From positions 124,001-188,000 of the forward strand of contig NIVC01000401.1 in NCBI GenBank assembly GCA_002269645.1: DNA of 64,000 bases, given 5' to 3'. Made by a program: the position numbers and the translations under genes. Below the pieces are notes generated by a model. It worked only from the letters and a program-made list of their open reading frames with translations. It was not told the DNA's origin and did no database searches. The stretch's first letter is position 1. Each line of letters begins with the position of its first letter. Of this stretch, positions 27,420 to 41,727 are shown piece after piece. Source of the DNA: Macrostomum lignano. Its lineage: Eukaryota.

Positions 27420-27835
27420 AAATGGGGTGATGGGAGACTGTTTAAATAGGGAGATTCTTAAATCGGGAGATTCTTGAAATGGGGCGATTATTTAAATAGG
27501 GAGATTCTTTAAATGGGCGATTATTTAAATGGGGAGATTCTTTAAATGGGGAGATTCTTTGAATGGGGAGATTCTTTTAAATAGAGAGATTCTTTAAATG
27601 AGGAGATTCTTTAAGTGTGGAGATTCTTTAAATAGGGAGATTCTTTAAATGAGGAGATTCTTTGAATGGGGAGATTCTTTAAATGGGGGGATTCTTTAAA
27701 TAGAGAGATTTTTTGAATGGGAGGTTCTTCAAGTAGGGAGACTGTATGAGAATCAAGGGAAAGTCTCGATGGGAGATTCTTGCATAGGGAAAGTCTCGAT
27801 GGGAGATTCTTGCATAGGGAAAGTCTCGATGGGAG
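27420..27835. repeat. Degenerate ~19-bp repeat (GGGGAGATTCTTTAAAT-type) followed by three 30-bp units
   Basis: Read directly. Confidence 0.85.
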
Positions 27836-28790
27836 AGGGGACGATTGGAGGGGATGGGGCCAGTCCGGTGTCTCAAACACGGAAGAGATAAACTGAAAAC
27901 TGCTCCCAGGAGAGCGTGGGAGATGCGACACCGGAGCGTTTGCAGCCAGCCGATTAGGGGAGGCGGGGTGGCGCAGCACCAAGGCTTGCAGTCATAAATG
28001 ACTGGCTATATCGCCTGCCCCGCCTGACAGCCGGTCCTGACTCCTGGCACCCTTGCCGGCAGTGAATATCTGTCTTATGTTATATTGCCACACGCTGCAG
28101 GCCAATACTTGACACCCCCCAAGGGGGGCTGAGGCTAGTCCACTACACTAAGATTCTATATGTATAATGTGTGCCGCCCGAGAAGCTAAGCCGAAAACAC
28201 CCCAACGTGCCAATGCCAAGCTGGGACTTACACAGGCCATGTGCAATTTGCTGAAGCCCTAGCGCCTCCCAAACTGATAATAACAATAAAAAACACACAC
28301 ATAGGGGCAACAGAGGCGGCGGCAGCGGTCAACTAACCAACTGTCTTTGACTCATTTTTTTCAAGTTCCAGCCACACCTACCCACCCCAATATTCCAACA
28401 CCTTCTGCTGGGACTTGGACCGACTTGAGCTTGTTTAACTTCTCGATCTGTCTCTCTCTCTTGGGAAGGCGGAACTGCTGTTGACAAGAGAAAAGGCTCA
28501 AAAGTTTTTGGAGCAATTAAAATCTAGAATACGAATTTAAAATAGTATATAGTATCATATAGTCTCTCAACTTGAACAGGTTTTATCTATACGCGAGCGT
28601 CTGATGCATAGGGACGCGTGGACAGATTAGAAGCCTCCCAAAAGCGAAGTTTTAGAAAGCCCAGTGAGAGAGCGATGTCGGAGTCAGGCAGAGCGGGGTC
28701 CCCGAGCACATAAACTGGCACTTAAACGGGCCCGAACTTTACAACGCCCGTATAGATCGTAAATGCCGAGACAGAGGTGAATGGGAGTGA

Positions 28791-28822
<32 letters not shown>

Positions 28823-29549
28823 AGCGGGAGGCGACAGTCTCCCCTCTGGCACGACAGTCGAAAATCCCTGAGGGACAGGGAGGGGAGGGCGCTACCGTCG
28901 GTTTGGGAAGTTAACGCATTGATAGATGGCTGGTGCTGCGGCAGGAAGGACATAGTTTATGGCCCGGAGGAGGTGGCCCAGCTCAGCGGCCGCCCCTCCC
29001 ATCCGCTTGCTATCGCGCTGAGGCGCTGACGGTTTACGACCAAGGCAGGCTGGGGTGCCGGGGAGGGGGGGGGGCATTTCCCTTCTCCTAGGGGATAGGG
29101 CACAGCTGGGAGACCAAAGGAGGAGCATAGCATCAAGCCAGAGCGATACTATGCATCCAAGCCGAACCAGACGAAGGTCATCTCCATTTGCATCGCTGGC
29201 GGTCCGGTTGCGACGCCATTCAATTCGGAAGCTGATTTAATCCGAGTGATAAGATTAGCTTAGCTAAGCTAATCCAGAGGTTTTGTTGGCGGTTTTTATA
29301 CTACCATGTTTATTATACATTACTTATGTAACTATCTGGTGTCACGGCTCCCAGGCATTTTTACTCTTGAAGTTTAAGCAGGGGCAGCTGCCCTCGCTGC
29401 ATGCATCCCGTCCCTCTGTTGTACTTGAAGTTACACCGTAGACAATTAAAGTATACTGGTAGAACCGGGTGTAGGCAATTTGCGGTCAACAAAGCATCTC
29501 CATTTGGAGCTCGGTTCCCTCAAAACTTCCCAACGGAAATCCGGACCGC

Positions 29550-29760
29550 TCTTCTCTCTTCTCTCTTCTCTCTCTTCTCTCTTCTTTCTCCTCTCTCTTC
29601 TCTTTCTCTCTTCTTTCTCCTCTCCTCTCTACTCTCTTCTCATTTCTCTCTTCCCACTTCGCTTTTCTCTCTTCTCTCATCTCTCATCTCTAATCTCTTT
29701 TCCTTTCCTTTCCTTTCCTTTCCTTTCCTTTCCTTTCCTTTCCTTTCCTCTCCTTTCCTG
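29550..29760. repeat. CT-rich low-complexity tract ending in (TTTCC)n
   Basis: Read directly. Confidence 0.9.
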
Positions 29761-30294
29761 AAGTGAAATGTACCCAGCCGCCCAAGAATTGCTCAAACTC
29801 ATATAACTCTCCCTCACTCACTCTCACCTATAGACGTTCTCAATCTTTTCCTTTCATGGATTTTTTGTTGAAAGAAAAAAGCCTCCTCCGCATCGGCGAG
29901 ACTTTGAAGAGCAAGAAGTGCTCTCGGGTATGGAAGGGAACTTCAAGAGAGCAAGTGGGGGAAGTGGGCGGGGGCCCAGGTCACTCAGCATCTGTACGAG
30001 TATGAATAGAGAGGCTAAAGAAGATTGGAACGGTGATTCCGAGGTATGAGTTACTATAATAACTATAGCTGATATTATACTAATACTGCTCTGTACAAGC
30101 AGGTGTTATACCAGTTTCCGTTAAGACTTTGAAACAATCCAAGAGACTGCAATTCAGTAGTTTTACAGCCACTGAGATCTTTTTGTACTGCTTAGGACTG
30201 GGAAATTCTTAGCTGTAATGTACAAGGTGCAAGACACAATGAATTGATGACTTTTGTAAATAGATTAATAAAACAATTCATCAATGCGTTAAAC

Positions 30295-30610
30295 CAGTCA
30301 ATGAGTCAAATGAGTCAATGTGTCAAATGAGTCAAATCAGTCAAATCAGTCAATGAGTCAAATGAATCAATGAGTCAATGAGTCAAATGAGTCAAATGAG
30401 TCAATGAGTCAAATGAGTCAAACGAGTCAAATGAGTCAAACGAGTCAAATGAGTCAAACGAGTCAAATGAGTCAAACGAGTCAAATGAGTCAAATGAGTC
30501 AAATGAGTCAATGAGTCAAACGAGTCAAACGAGTCAAATGAGTCAAATGAGTCAAATGAGTCAAACGAGTCAAACGAGTCAAATGAGTCAAACGAGTCAA
30601 ATGAGTCGAA
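30295..30610. repeat. 8-9-bp tandem repeat (TGAGTCAAA / CGAGTCAAA) containing about 20 TGAGTCA motifs
   Basis: Counted by eye. Confidence 0.95.
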
Positions 30611-31544
30611 TGAAATGAATAATTATTTAATCAATTAATTCAATGTATCAATATATCAATCAATGAACTAGCCAAAAGGGACCCAAATAAGCCAAGATAT
30701 CGGCCTTTCTGCAAGCATCCAATAGCAACACGGAGATGTCCCAACCCTGGCCTGACAACGAGGGTGGTATTGCATCATTAGGGCATCGAAATTCGAAGAT
30801 GCAATTCAACACCCGGTGCTTAGCACTGAATCGGTAACGAGCAATGCATGCCTACCTGGTAACATGCAAACCTTTCCCGAACCTGGACAACTCCACCCCA
30901 GAGTGTAAACTGAACTCTCACATCAGGTATGCATAGGCTTTAAGAATAAATTCAAATATTTAGTAAGCTAGACTAGAACTAGTCGATGTTGTCTAGCCAA
31001 CGTAATACAGCCGCCAAGTTTTTGTGTTGGAATTTCGTGTTTAAGACGGACGAACAATGGAGGGAGAGAGAAGCTTGGAGAGAAGGTTTTAATTAAAAAG
31101 TCAACGGCAGAATCTAGAAAATCTTACATTGAAGAAGACGGCATCGAATTTCTTTGAGAGAAGCCGCGCGAGTAACTTTGACCAATTTTATTCTCTCTGG
31201 GTCTTTGTGCCACGTTTGAAGTGCCGCCCAGCGGATCCTCTGCGTTGCCATTTTGCTCAACATTGAGAGAATCTCAGCTGGCACTCCCGAGCTGCTTATT
31301 ATTAATTTGGGACACTTTTAATATACTGTGTATTCGGGAGAAAGTTTTGCGTAGCCGCGTTCAAGTGGCGGCGGCCAATTGCTTGTGCGCTCAGTTGAAG
31401 AATAGCGTGTCTCACCTTTGTTTAACAATAACTGCTGTTGAATAAGATATGAGATGTCACGGATATTGTTGGGCTTGAAGTATTGAGGTGGATATTAGTT
31501 TGAAGTTGTGTTTAAACAGCCACTGTTGTGCTAAGGTGCTTTCT

Positions 31545-32020
<476 letters not shown>

Positions 32021-32654
32021 GGTACACTGGAACAGCTGCAGCCGGCAGTGGTGTCCAAATGAAGCTAAACGCAGCCATGCGAGAAGCTGCAAGTGCAATC
32101 AGCCTCATCATCTCCCAGCAGCCAAATCGGAAATTCATATCAGCGCTGCACCACCCGATCAATACTCAGTCAGCTGCCGCTGCTCCAATCGATGGCAGCT
32201 GAATCGTGACAAAGACAGCAATTGTTCCCTGCCTGATCGGATATCTCCAAATTGTATGCTTGTGAGCATATTAAAAAAACAATAATTCTCGTTCTCATTA
32301 TTGCCAGATCCCATCTGCTGCTGAAACAATTCCTACTGATTTCAATTCCCCAATCTTCCCATGCAAATGCAGCCGAGAACTGCAGTTGAGGCAAAATCCT
32401 AAGCGTTTACGCTTTCAAGCTTTCAAGTGCCTCTCTTGTCTGGAGTCTATTCCCGTTTGTGGGATAAAATCTGTTTGTTCCCCGAATCGCAAAATTCTAG
32501 CTTGTCGTTTGTTTAGCGCGAACTCATTTCAAGCCAGCTGGACTGTCGGCAGATTATCAACAGTAATAGCCATACAATTCAGTTTTAATTGTTTCAGACG
32601 CCGAGGTGACAGCTCATGGCCCGCACTGAGCACCTTCTCCGGACTCTGAATCTG

Positions 32655-33715
32655 CCTCTGTAGCTTATCTCTGTAGCTCTCATTAGCTTATCTCTGTAGC
32701 TCCCCATAGCTTATCTCTGTAGCTCTCATTAGCTTATCTCTGTAGCTCCCCATAGCTTATCTCTGTAGCTCTCATTAGCTTATCTCTGTAGCTCCCCATA
32801 GCTTATCTCTGTAGCTCTCATTAGCTTATCTCTGTAGCTCCCCATAGCTTATCTCTGTAGCTCTCATTAGCTTATCTCTGTAGCACCCCTTAGCTTATCT
32901 CTGTAGCTCTCATTAGCTTATCTCTGTAGCTCTCATTAGCTTATCTATGTCGCTCATCTTAGCTTATCTCTGTAGCTCTGATTAGCTTATCTCTGTAGCT
33001 CCCCTTAGCTTATCTCTGTAGCTCCCCTTAGCTTATCTCTGTAGCTCTCATTAGCTTATCTCTGTAGCTCCCCTTAGCTTATCTCTGTAGCTGACCTTAG
33101 CTTATCTCTGTAGCTCCCCTTAGCTTATCTCTGTAGCTCCCCTTAGCTTATCTCTGTAGCTCTCATTAGCTTATCTCTGTAGCTCCCCTTAGCTTATCTC
33201 TGTAGCTGACCTTAGCTTATCTCTGTAGCTCCCCTTAGCTTATCTCTGTAGCTCTCATTAACTTATCTCTGTAGCTCTCATTAACTTATCTCTGTAGCTC
33301 TCATTAGCTTATCTCTGTAGCTCTCATTAGCTTATCTCTGTAGCTCTCATTAGCTTATCTCTGTAGCTCTGATTAGCTTATCTCTGTAGCTCTCATTAGC
33401 TTATCTCTGTAGCTCTCATTAGCTTATCTCTGTAGCTCTCATTAGCTTATCTCTGTAGCTCTCATTAACTTATCTCTGTAGCTCTCATTAGCTTATCTCT
33501 GTAGCTCTCATTAGCTTATCTCTGTAGCTCTCATTAGCTTATCTCTGTAGCTCCTCTTAGCTTATCTCTGTAGCCCCCCTTAGCTTATCTCTGTAGGCCC
33601 CCTTAGCTTATCTCTGTAGCTGACCTTAGCTTATCTCTGTAGCCCCCCTCAGCTTATCTCTGTAGTTCCCATTAGCTTATCTCTCTATCTCTCCTTAGCT
33701 TATCTCTCCAGCTCT
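32655..33715. repeat. 23-bp minisatellite (TTAGCTTATCTCTGTAGCTCTCA), about 45 copies
   Basis: Unit read directly. Confidence 0.96.
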
Positions 33716-34579
33716 CAATCCCGACATGGACACGCACCAGTTGCCATCCAGCTCATCCAATAACCCAGATGCCAATATATCTCGCGCAGAGAAAAAACTG
33801 GCAGAGAAAGAGTTAGCTTACAGATCGATAAGCAAAAACAGTTTGGCGGCATTTTTTGAACGCGCACTTCCGGAATCTGGATCCATTACAGCGTGAGGGC
33901 ATTGTCCTCGATCCGGGGGACACAAGCTCTTGGCGGCTTCTCACACAATGGAAAGACATAAGCCATATGGATCCGTTGGTGTCGTAAAAAAGTGCTCAGT
34001 CTCTCTTTCTCTGTTATCCTGTCTGCGCACAGTATTGAAATTTTTGTGAGTTTTTTTTAAAACGCATTGTGACACAAGTGTGTGAAGACCACCTCACTGA
34101 GAGGCCAAGCAAGGAGAGCCGCAAAAAAACGTGAAACCATCAGACAGTCGGTTTCAGATCCTTTTTTCTATTCTTTCGATATCAAAATTTCGAGGCTGGA
34201 ATAAGCAAACAACTGGATTTATACTTTTTTCTGCTTCTGCTAAGGTAGGCGCTGATCGCGTGTCTTTGTTGTTTATCCAAGTCTTCACAATCCACGGCCG
34301 AGATGGAGGTCAAGCAGCCTCCTTGTCCGCTCTCTTTCCTCCGGCTGGCACCGCGGAATCGAAGCGATTGTAAAAAATGCAACTCACACACACTGGGTGA
34401 GCATTGAAAATTTCGATAAAAAAGACAGTTCAAGAGCGACAGCGATGGATCGCTCGGAAACCATTGTCCATTATTCTTGGACTTAATGGATCAGTTGATG
34501 GAGTGGCTATTTGAGCATGGACTCAGATCTAAGCGGTGTGCTCTCTTATTGACAAGTGGCTGGATTGTGTTTGGATAGC

Positions 34580-35145
34580 GTAGCAGTATGGTAGGCAGAG
34601 ACAGTATATGGTAGACAGTAGGGTAGACAGTATAGGGTAGGCAGTAGGGTAGACAGTATTGGATAGAAGATAAACAGTCTGGTAGACAGTATAGAATAGA
34701 GCATAGGCAGTTGGGTAGGCAGTATAGGGTAGAAAGTAGGGTAGACAGTATAGGGTAGAAGATAGACAGTCGGGTAGGCAGTATAGAATAGAGCATAGAC
34801 AGTCGGGTAGACAGTATAGAATAGAGCATAGGCAGTCGGGTAGACAGTATAGAATAGAGCATAGGCAGTTGGGTAGGCAGTATAGAATAGAGCATAGGCA
34901 GTCGGGTAGGCAGTATAGAATAGAGCATAGGCAGTTGGGTAGGCAGTATAGAATAGAGCATAGGCAGTTGGGTAGGCAGTATAGAATAGAGCATAGGCAG
35001 TTGGGTAGGCAGTATAGAATAGAGCATAGGCAGTTGGGTAGGCAGTATAGAATAGAGCATAGGCAGTTGGGTAGGCAGTATAGTATAGAGCATAGGCAGT
35101 TGGGTAGGCAGTATAGAATAGAGCGTAGGCAGTCGGGTAGAAATA
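34580..35145. repeat. 33-bp minisatellite (ATAGGCAGTTGGGTAGGCAGTATAGAATAGAGC), degenerate on the left
   Basis: Unit read directly; 11-aa periodicity in the overlapping ORFs. Confidence 0.92.
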
Positions 35146-36449
35146 GAGTATACAGTCGTTCGTTAAGCAATAAATATTTTAATATAATCATCGGATATGA
35201 TTTAGAGTTTATAATTATTAAATACGATTATCCACCTATTTGTTAAGTTAAATATAAAGCACACAGCGCAGGAAAGACGAGAAAAACTAAATCCCATCAC
35301 CATGGTAACAACAACAGCAATGGTTGGGATTTCTCGCGATCCCCCATGCGCTCAATCAAGAGGGCCACCCACGCAGCCTTTGACCGGACCAGCATATCCT
35401 GATCGGCGAAAGCATGCCATGCCATACCAACTCAGATTTTGTTAGACTTATAGCACTACTCGCGCTTAGGGACGAGCCCACCCACGATGGACCCTCTTAA
35501 GTCTCAGTCGTCAGGTGCCGCTCAAATAGCCATAAACGATTTCAGACAAAAAACCAAGATTAGATTAGAGCGAGAAGAGAGAGAAAGTTTCGACTGCTTG
35601 GAGAGAATCACGCATTTTACATCGAATTAATTGGCAATCTTAGTCGATAGGGAGAATCTAAAAAAAGATATTAACCAAAGAAAGTGACAGATATAGCTGG
35701 GGGGGGGGGGCAGCTAGGGCTAAAAGAAGAAGACAGTTGGGTGCAACACAGGCCTTTCCGTTCCCATGGGCAATCGGAGTGGAATATGACCGGGGGAGGT
35801 GTGGGATAACGGCCGGCCGGGCGAGGAAAAGACTCGGAGCGGAGAATATTGACCGGGGGGGAGGTCCGGGGCTGGGGGGGGGGTTGCCTGCCTTGGCCAG
35901 GACTGCGCCGGCGAGTCTTCAAAGGAGCCGCCGCCACCGCGGCCTCTCCTTCTTAACTCACCGCCCAAGTCCCAAGTCCTGTCCTCCCGCCCCTACCTTT
36001 CCCCCCGGTAGCTGGCACAGGCAGGCAGGCAGGCTGGCGTACGCGCGGGCAGAACGGGGCCGTGAGGAAGGTTTAATTGAGCAGTTTGAGGAAATTTAAA
36101 TGAAAGACTTTGTTTTTGAACTGCTCAGAATTAGGAGGAGGGCTCTGGGGGGGGGAAGAGAATGCTGATTCCTTAGGCTCAGCTTCCTTCTCCGTCCTTT
36201 ACGAGCTCGGAAATTATTCGGAAATCTTGTGCGTGCCTTCAATTACTTAAGGTGAGCCATGCGATTTCCATTGTTTGGTGAGAGAATGCTGGAGTTGAGT
36301 ATATGAGGGGGGCAATTAGTGAGAAAAAACACGTGAACTGCCGAACCATTGTGCATAGAAACTCACTCGACTCTGGCGATGAGCTAATTAACGGGACAAA
36401 ATGTTGGTTTCGGATCGTTGGTTAAATTGGAGTGACGCTTTGGGGGGAG

Positions 36450-36700
36450 GCTGTAGGGGGAAGCTGTAAGGGAGGCTGCAGAGGAGGCTGTAGGAGGAAG
36501 CTGTAGGGGAGACTGTAGGGTAGGCTGTAGGGAAGGCTGTAGGGGAGGCTTTAGAGGTGTAGGGGAGGCTATAGGGGTGTAGGGGAGGCTATAGGGGTGT
36601 AGGGGAGGCTGTAGGGGTGTAGGGGAGGCTGTAGGGGTGTAGGAGAGGCTGTAGAGGTGTAGGGGAGGCTTTAAGGATGTAGGGGATTCTGTAGGGGAGC
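36450..36700. repeat. G-rich degenerate repeat (GTAGGGGAGGCT / GTAGGGGT)
   Basis: Read directly. Confidence 0.85.
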
Positions 36701-36915
36701 TGTTAAAAAACAGTTAGAGCTGTTTCAGGAGCGGTACCCGTTAGTCGGCGGTGATCAGATTAAAGCGGAGGATCTGAGACAGAGTGAGAGCAGTTTACGG
36801 GTTAACCCCCATAACCCGTAATGTCAATGCAATCAGAATCTGCACTTAAGTACAGAAGCAACCAGTGAGACTAAGAGGCCGCGGCTCAAATATTGACAAG
36901 CTGGTGAGCAGAGCT

Positions 36916-37017
<102 letters not shown>

Positions 37018-37429
37018 GTGGGGGATCAGGAGCCCCCACACACCAGAACTTGTTCAGTTCGCTGGAGCCGACTCCATGGAGCCAACAGGTTCTCTATCGT
37101 AAATCCGTTGAGCGGTTGTGGCTTGAAATGTAGAGTTAGAACGAAACCCAGCCGTTATACGTTATTAAAAGTCTGAGCAAGCTCTGACATTGACTGCCTT
37201 GATTTACCTATGAAAACACAGATTCCTCTCTAGTTTCATTCGATCAAGAAATAGCGCTGAAGTTGAATGAAGCTTCAATTACTTCTTCTTTGCGGTAAAT
37301 CTAATTAACGCAGTTTCCTTAATTAGGCCATAAAACCAGAGTTTGAATTTCAGGGTTTTTGAGTTCTTGGCTTTGGGACTTTTTATTGTTAGCAACTGGG
37401 TCTCTTGAAATATTACCTTTCTTTCTTTG

Positions 37430-38030
37430 TGTTTAGGGTTACTTTTCTTGGGTTCAGGGTTTAGTTTCTTTGGGTTCAGGGTTTAGATTTTTGGGTTCAG
37501 GGTTAATTTTCTTGGGCTCAGGGTTTAGATTTTTGGGTTCAGGGTTTTGACTCTTTAGTTCAGGGTTTAGATTCTTTGGGTTCAGGGTTTAGATTCTTGA
37601 TGAGTTCAGGGTTTAGATTCTTGGGTTGAGGGTTTAGATCCTTGGGTTGAGGGTTTAGATCCTTGGGTTGAGGGTTTAGATCCTTGGGTTGAGGGTTTAG
37701 ATCCTTGGGTTGAGGGTTTAGATTCTTGGGTTCAGGGTTTAGATTCTTGATGAGTTCAGGGTTTAGATTATTGGGTTCAGGGTTTAGATTCTTGGGTTCA
37801 GGATTTAGAATCTTTAGTTGAGTGTTTAGTTTCTTGGGTTCAGGGTTTAGTTTTGTAGTATTCAGGGTTTAGATTCTTGGGCTCAGGGTTTAGATTCTTG
37901 GTTTCAGGGTTTAGATTCTTGGTTTCAGGGTTTAGATTCTTGGTTTCAGGGTTTAGATTCTTGGGTCAGGCTTCAGATTCTTCGGGTTCAGGGTTTAGAT
38001 TTTTTGGGTTCAGGGTTTAGAGTTTTTGGT
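37430..38030. repeat. 21-bp minisatellite (GGGTTCAGGGTTTAGATTCTT), telomere-like words
   Basis: Period 21 seen at 37621 and 37642. Confidence 0.92.
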
Positions 38031-38719
38031 TGGAGACTGTAGTGCTGATTTCCTAGAAGCAAATATCGCAACTCGTACATATTTACACAGAAAACCATAA
38101 GAGTGCGGGTACATGGTCTTCCTACAGATCGATACGTCTGGCCAAATCTTCCCGACTCAAAGCGCACAGTCTGGGTGCAGGCTAAATGCAAGCTCGGTTG
38201 CATGTGCATGTACGATTCTTTTGTGAGTACTTGCTACTATAGACTCATAGCTGGCAGAAACATACGCAATTTGTATGGCTCGCTGCCAAACAGACAATCC
38301 GCAGCAAAGCAGGTGATCCGCATTGACTTGCCGGCGGCAGTTCTGCTGTCATAAATCATAATTAATTAATTAACTTTAGTTGTCTGCGTCTCAGGCGTGT
38401 ACAAATAAATTTTCGCTATTACAGTAACTTATAATAAAGAATTACAAGAGCCCGCTTCTTGTATTGTTACGCATTGTTAGCATGGGAGTCGAAGAACAAA
38501 TTGGCCAACACGGCTCTTTTATTAAGGTTTGAATAATGGAACTATGCGCTGAATTGGCTACTTGACAAGTAGTATATTGAGAACTCTGGGTGCGCCGGTG
38601 CTGGATTCGCGCTCACCTTGACGTTCAACTAATTAAGCTATCACCGCCCACCCATTGGAGAGGCAACAATGAATGGAATTCAATTTTTTCTAATAGACTA
38701 CATGCAACTTTTGACCTCT

Positions 38720-39236
38720 CATCTCAGCAATCCCCCCAAGCCTGACATCTCAGCAATTCCCCCAAAGCCTGACATCTCAGCAATTCCCCCAAAGCCTGAC
38801 ATCTCAGCAATTCCCCCAAAGCCTGACATCTCAGCAATTCCCCCAAAGCCTGACATCTCAGCAATTCCCCCAAAGCCTGACATCTCAGCAATTCCCCCAA
38901 AGCCTGACATCTCAGCAATTCCCCCAAAGCCTGACATCTCAGCAATCCCCCCAAGCCTGACATCTCAGCAATCCCCCCAAGCCTGACATCTCAGCAATCC
39001 CCCCAAGCCTGACATCTCAGCGATCCATCCAAGCCTGACATCTCAGCAATCCCCCCAAGCCTGACATCTCAGCAATCCCCCCAAGCCTGACATCTCAGCA
39101 ATCCCCCCAAGCCTGACATCTCAGCGATCCATCCAAGCCTGACATCTCAGCAATCCCCCAGTCAGCCTTGACATCTCAGCAATCCTCCCAAGCCTGACAT
39201 CTCAGCAACTCTCCAAGCCTGACATCTCAGCAATTC
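38720..39236. repeat. ~27-bp minisatellite (CCCCCAAAGCCTGACATCTCAGCAATT), same family as 57655-58298
   Basis: Unit read directly. Confidence 0.95.
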
Positions 39237-39999
39237 AACTTTTTAGAGATCAAGGATCAACGTGTGCCTCCAAAAAATGACAGGATCTTTGAGTTTTATA
39301 TCCTGTTACATCACAGTGGTGCTTGCTTCGGACGCGTTTACCGCAGAGCTTAAATAAACAGGATGCAGTTTAAACACCATAATTATCTCAATATATGATT
39401 ACTTTCAATTGTTACTGCGCCAGACACAACATGCGACAGGTATATTCGTATTTAATAAATGAATTAAACAAAACTGATCATCACGCAGATTAATATTTTA
39501 TTATAGATTGGTCAGATCACATTTAAAAAACCGAACAATAAGCATGCGACAGTTATGCAATAAAAATAGTTAATAATAAACGAATATTATTGTTTACTAA
39601 TAAGTAGGTAATTGTGGCAGATTTGAGAATTGACAAAAATTAAACACGAAAAAGAGACTTCACAAAGATTTATCAAGAATCAACAACTTAGGTGAAAAAT
39701 TAAACAGGCTAAGCATAATGACGAGGGTGACAGATGCCAAGTTCTACTGACAATATCCAATGGTGCATTCAATAGAGAACAGACTGAGTACAGAGAAGAT
39801 AAGACAGAACAGAATCACGAGACATTGGAAATTAATAATTTAATTAAACAAATAAATAGAGATAAAACTCAATCAATGACTCAGGAATTAAATTTTCAAA
39901 GTGTTTTTGAAGCGCTATTATAAATTAAAGGTGTCAAGTCTCAGATTAAAGATCCGTTACTACTAGCAAAACAGGGATGTCAGTCAGTAACACACCAGC

Positions 40000-40124
40000 T
40001 CAGCGCACAAGTGGTTCGGTCTTGAGCCGGAATAGGATACTGCGCATCCGGCTGACGTCCTTTGTCTGCTTGCCTGTCTTCGGGTTGAAGTCGCACAGGC
40101 GGGCCACTCGCTCCCACTCGCCGC
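40000..40124 (-). CDS. Clc: Clathrin light chain, last coding exon (GGEWERVARLCDFNPKTGKQTKDVSRMRSILFRLKTEPLVR*)
   Basis: Matches the conserved CLC C-terminus (EWERVARLCDFNPK...KDVSRMRS). Acceptor CTTCCCTCAG, phase 1 consistent with the previous exon. Confidence 0.93.
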
Positions 40125-40207
40125 CTGAGGGAAGTTGCGGTGGGGATGAGTGAGTGAGGATGATGTGGATGAAGCTTTGAGGAGTGAGCGACACCCTGCA
40201 TCCCCTT

Positions 40208-41727
40208 CACAAACTGGATGCTTTACAAACTGGACTCTTCACAAACTGGACACTTTACAAACTGAACACTTCACAAACTGGACTCTTCACTAACTGAACA
40301 GTCACTTCACAAACTGGACACTTCACAAACTGGACACTTCACAAACTGGACACTTCACTAACTGAACAGTCGCTTCACAAACTGGATACTTCACAAACTG
40401 GACTCTTCACAAACTGAACAGTCACATCACAAACTGGACACTTCACAAACTGAACTCTTCACAAACTGAACTCTTCACAAACTGAACTCTTCACAAACTG
40501 GACTCTTCACAAACTACCAGATTTCACAAACTGGACTCTTCACAAACTGGACACTTCACAAACTGAACTCTTCACAAACTGGACACTTCACAAACTGAAC
40601 TCTTCACAAACTGGACTCTTTACAAACTACCAGATTTCACAAACTGGACTCTTCGCAAACTGGACACTTCACAAACTGGACACTTCACAAACTGGACTCT
40701 TCACAAACTGGACTCTTTACAAACTGGACACTTCACAAACTGGACACTTCACAAACTGGACTCTTCACAAACTGGACTCTTTACAAACTACAGATTTCAC
40801 AAACTGGACACTTCACAAACTGGACACTTCACAAACTGGACTCTTCACTAACTGAACAGTCACTTCACAAACTGGACACTTCACAAACTGGACACTTCAC
40901 AAACTGAACAGTCGCTTCACAAACTGGATACTTCACAAACTGGACTCTTCACAAACTGAACAGTCACATCACAAACTGGACACTTCACAAACTGAACTCT
41001 TCACAAACTGAACTCTTCACAAACTGAACAGTCACATCACAAACTGGACACTTCACAAACTGAACACTTCACAAACTGAACTCTTCACAAACTGAACTCT
41101 TCACAAACTGAACTCTTCACAAACTGAACTCTTCACAAACTGAACTCTTCACAAACTGGACTCTTTACAAACTACAGATTTCACAAACTGGACACTTCAC
41201 AAACTGGACACTTCACAAACTGGACTCTTCACAAACTGAACAGTCACATCACAAACTGGACACTTCACAAACTGGACACTTCACAAACTGGACACTTCAC
41301 AAACTGGACACTTCACAAACTGGACACTTCACAAACTGGACACTTCACAAACTGGACTCTTCACAAACTGGACTCTTTACAAACTACAGATTTCACAAAC
41401 TGGACACTTCACAAACTGGACACTTCACAAACTGGACAATTCACAAACTGGACTCTTCACAAACTGGACACTTCACAAACTGGACTCTTCACAAACTGGA
41501 CTCTTTACAAACTACAGATTTCACAAACTGGACACTTCACAAACTGGACACTTCACAAACTGGACTCTTCACAAACTGGACACTTCACAAACTGGACTCT
41601 TCACAAACTGGACTCTTTACAAACTACAGATTTCACAAACTGGACACTTCACAAACTGGACACTTCACAAACTGGACACTTCACAAACTGGAAACTTCAC
41701 AAACTGGACACTTCACAAACTGGACAA
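40208..41727. repeat. 16-bp minisatellite (CTTCACAAACTGGACA / CTTCACAAACTGGACT), about 90 copies, in Clc intron 2
   Basis: Unit read directly. Confidence 0.96.
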
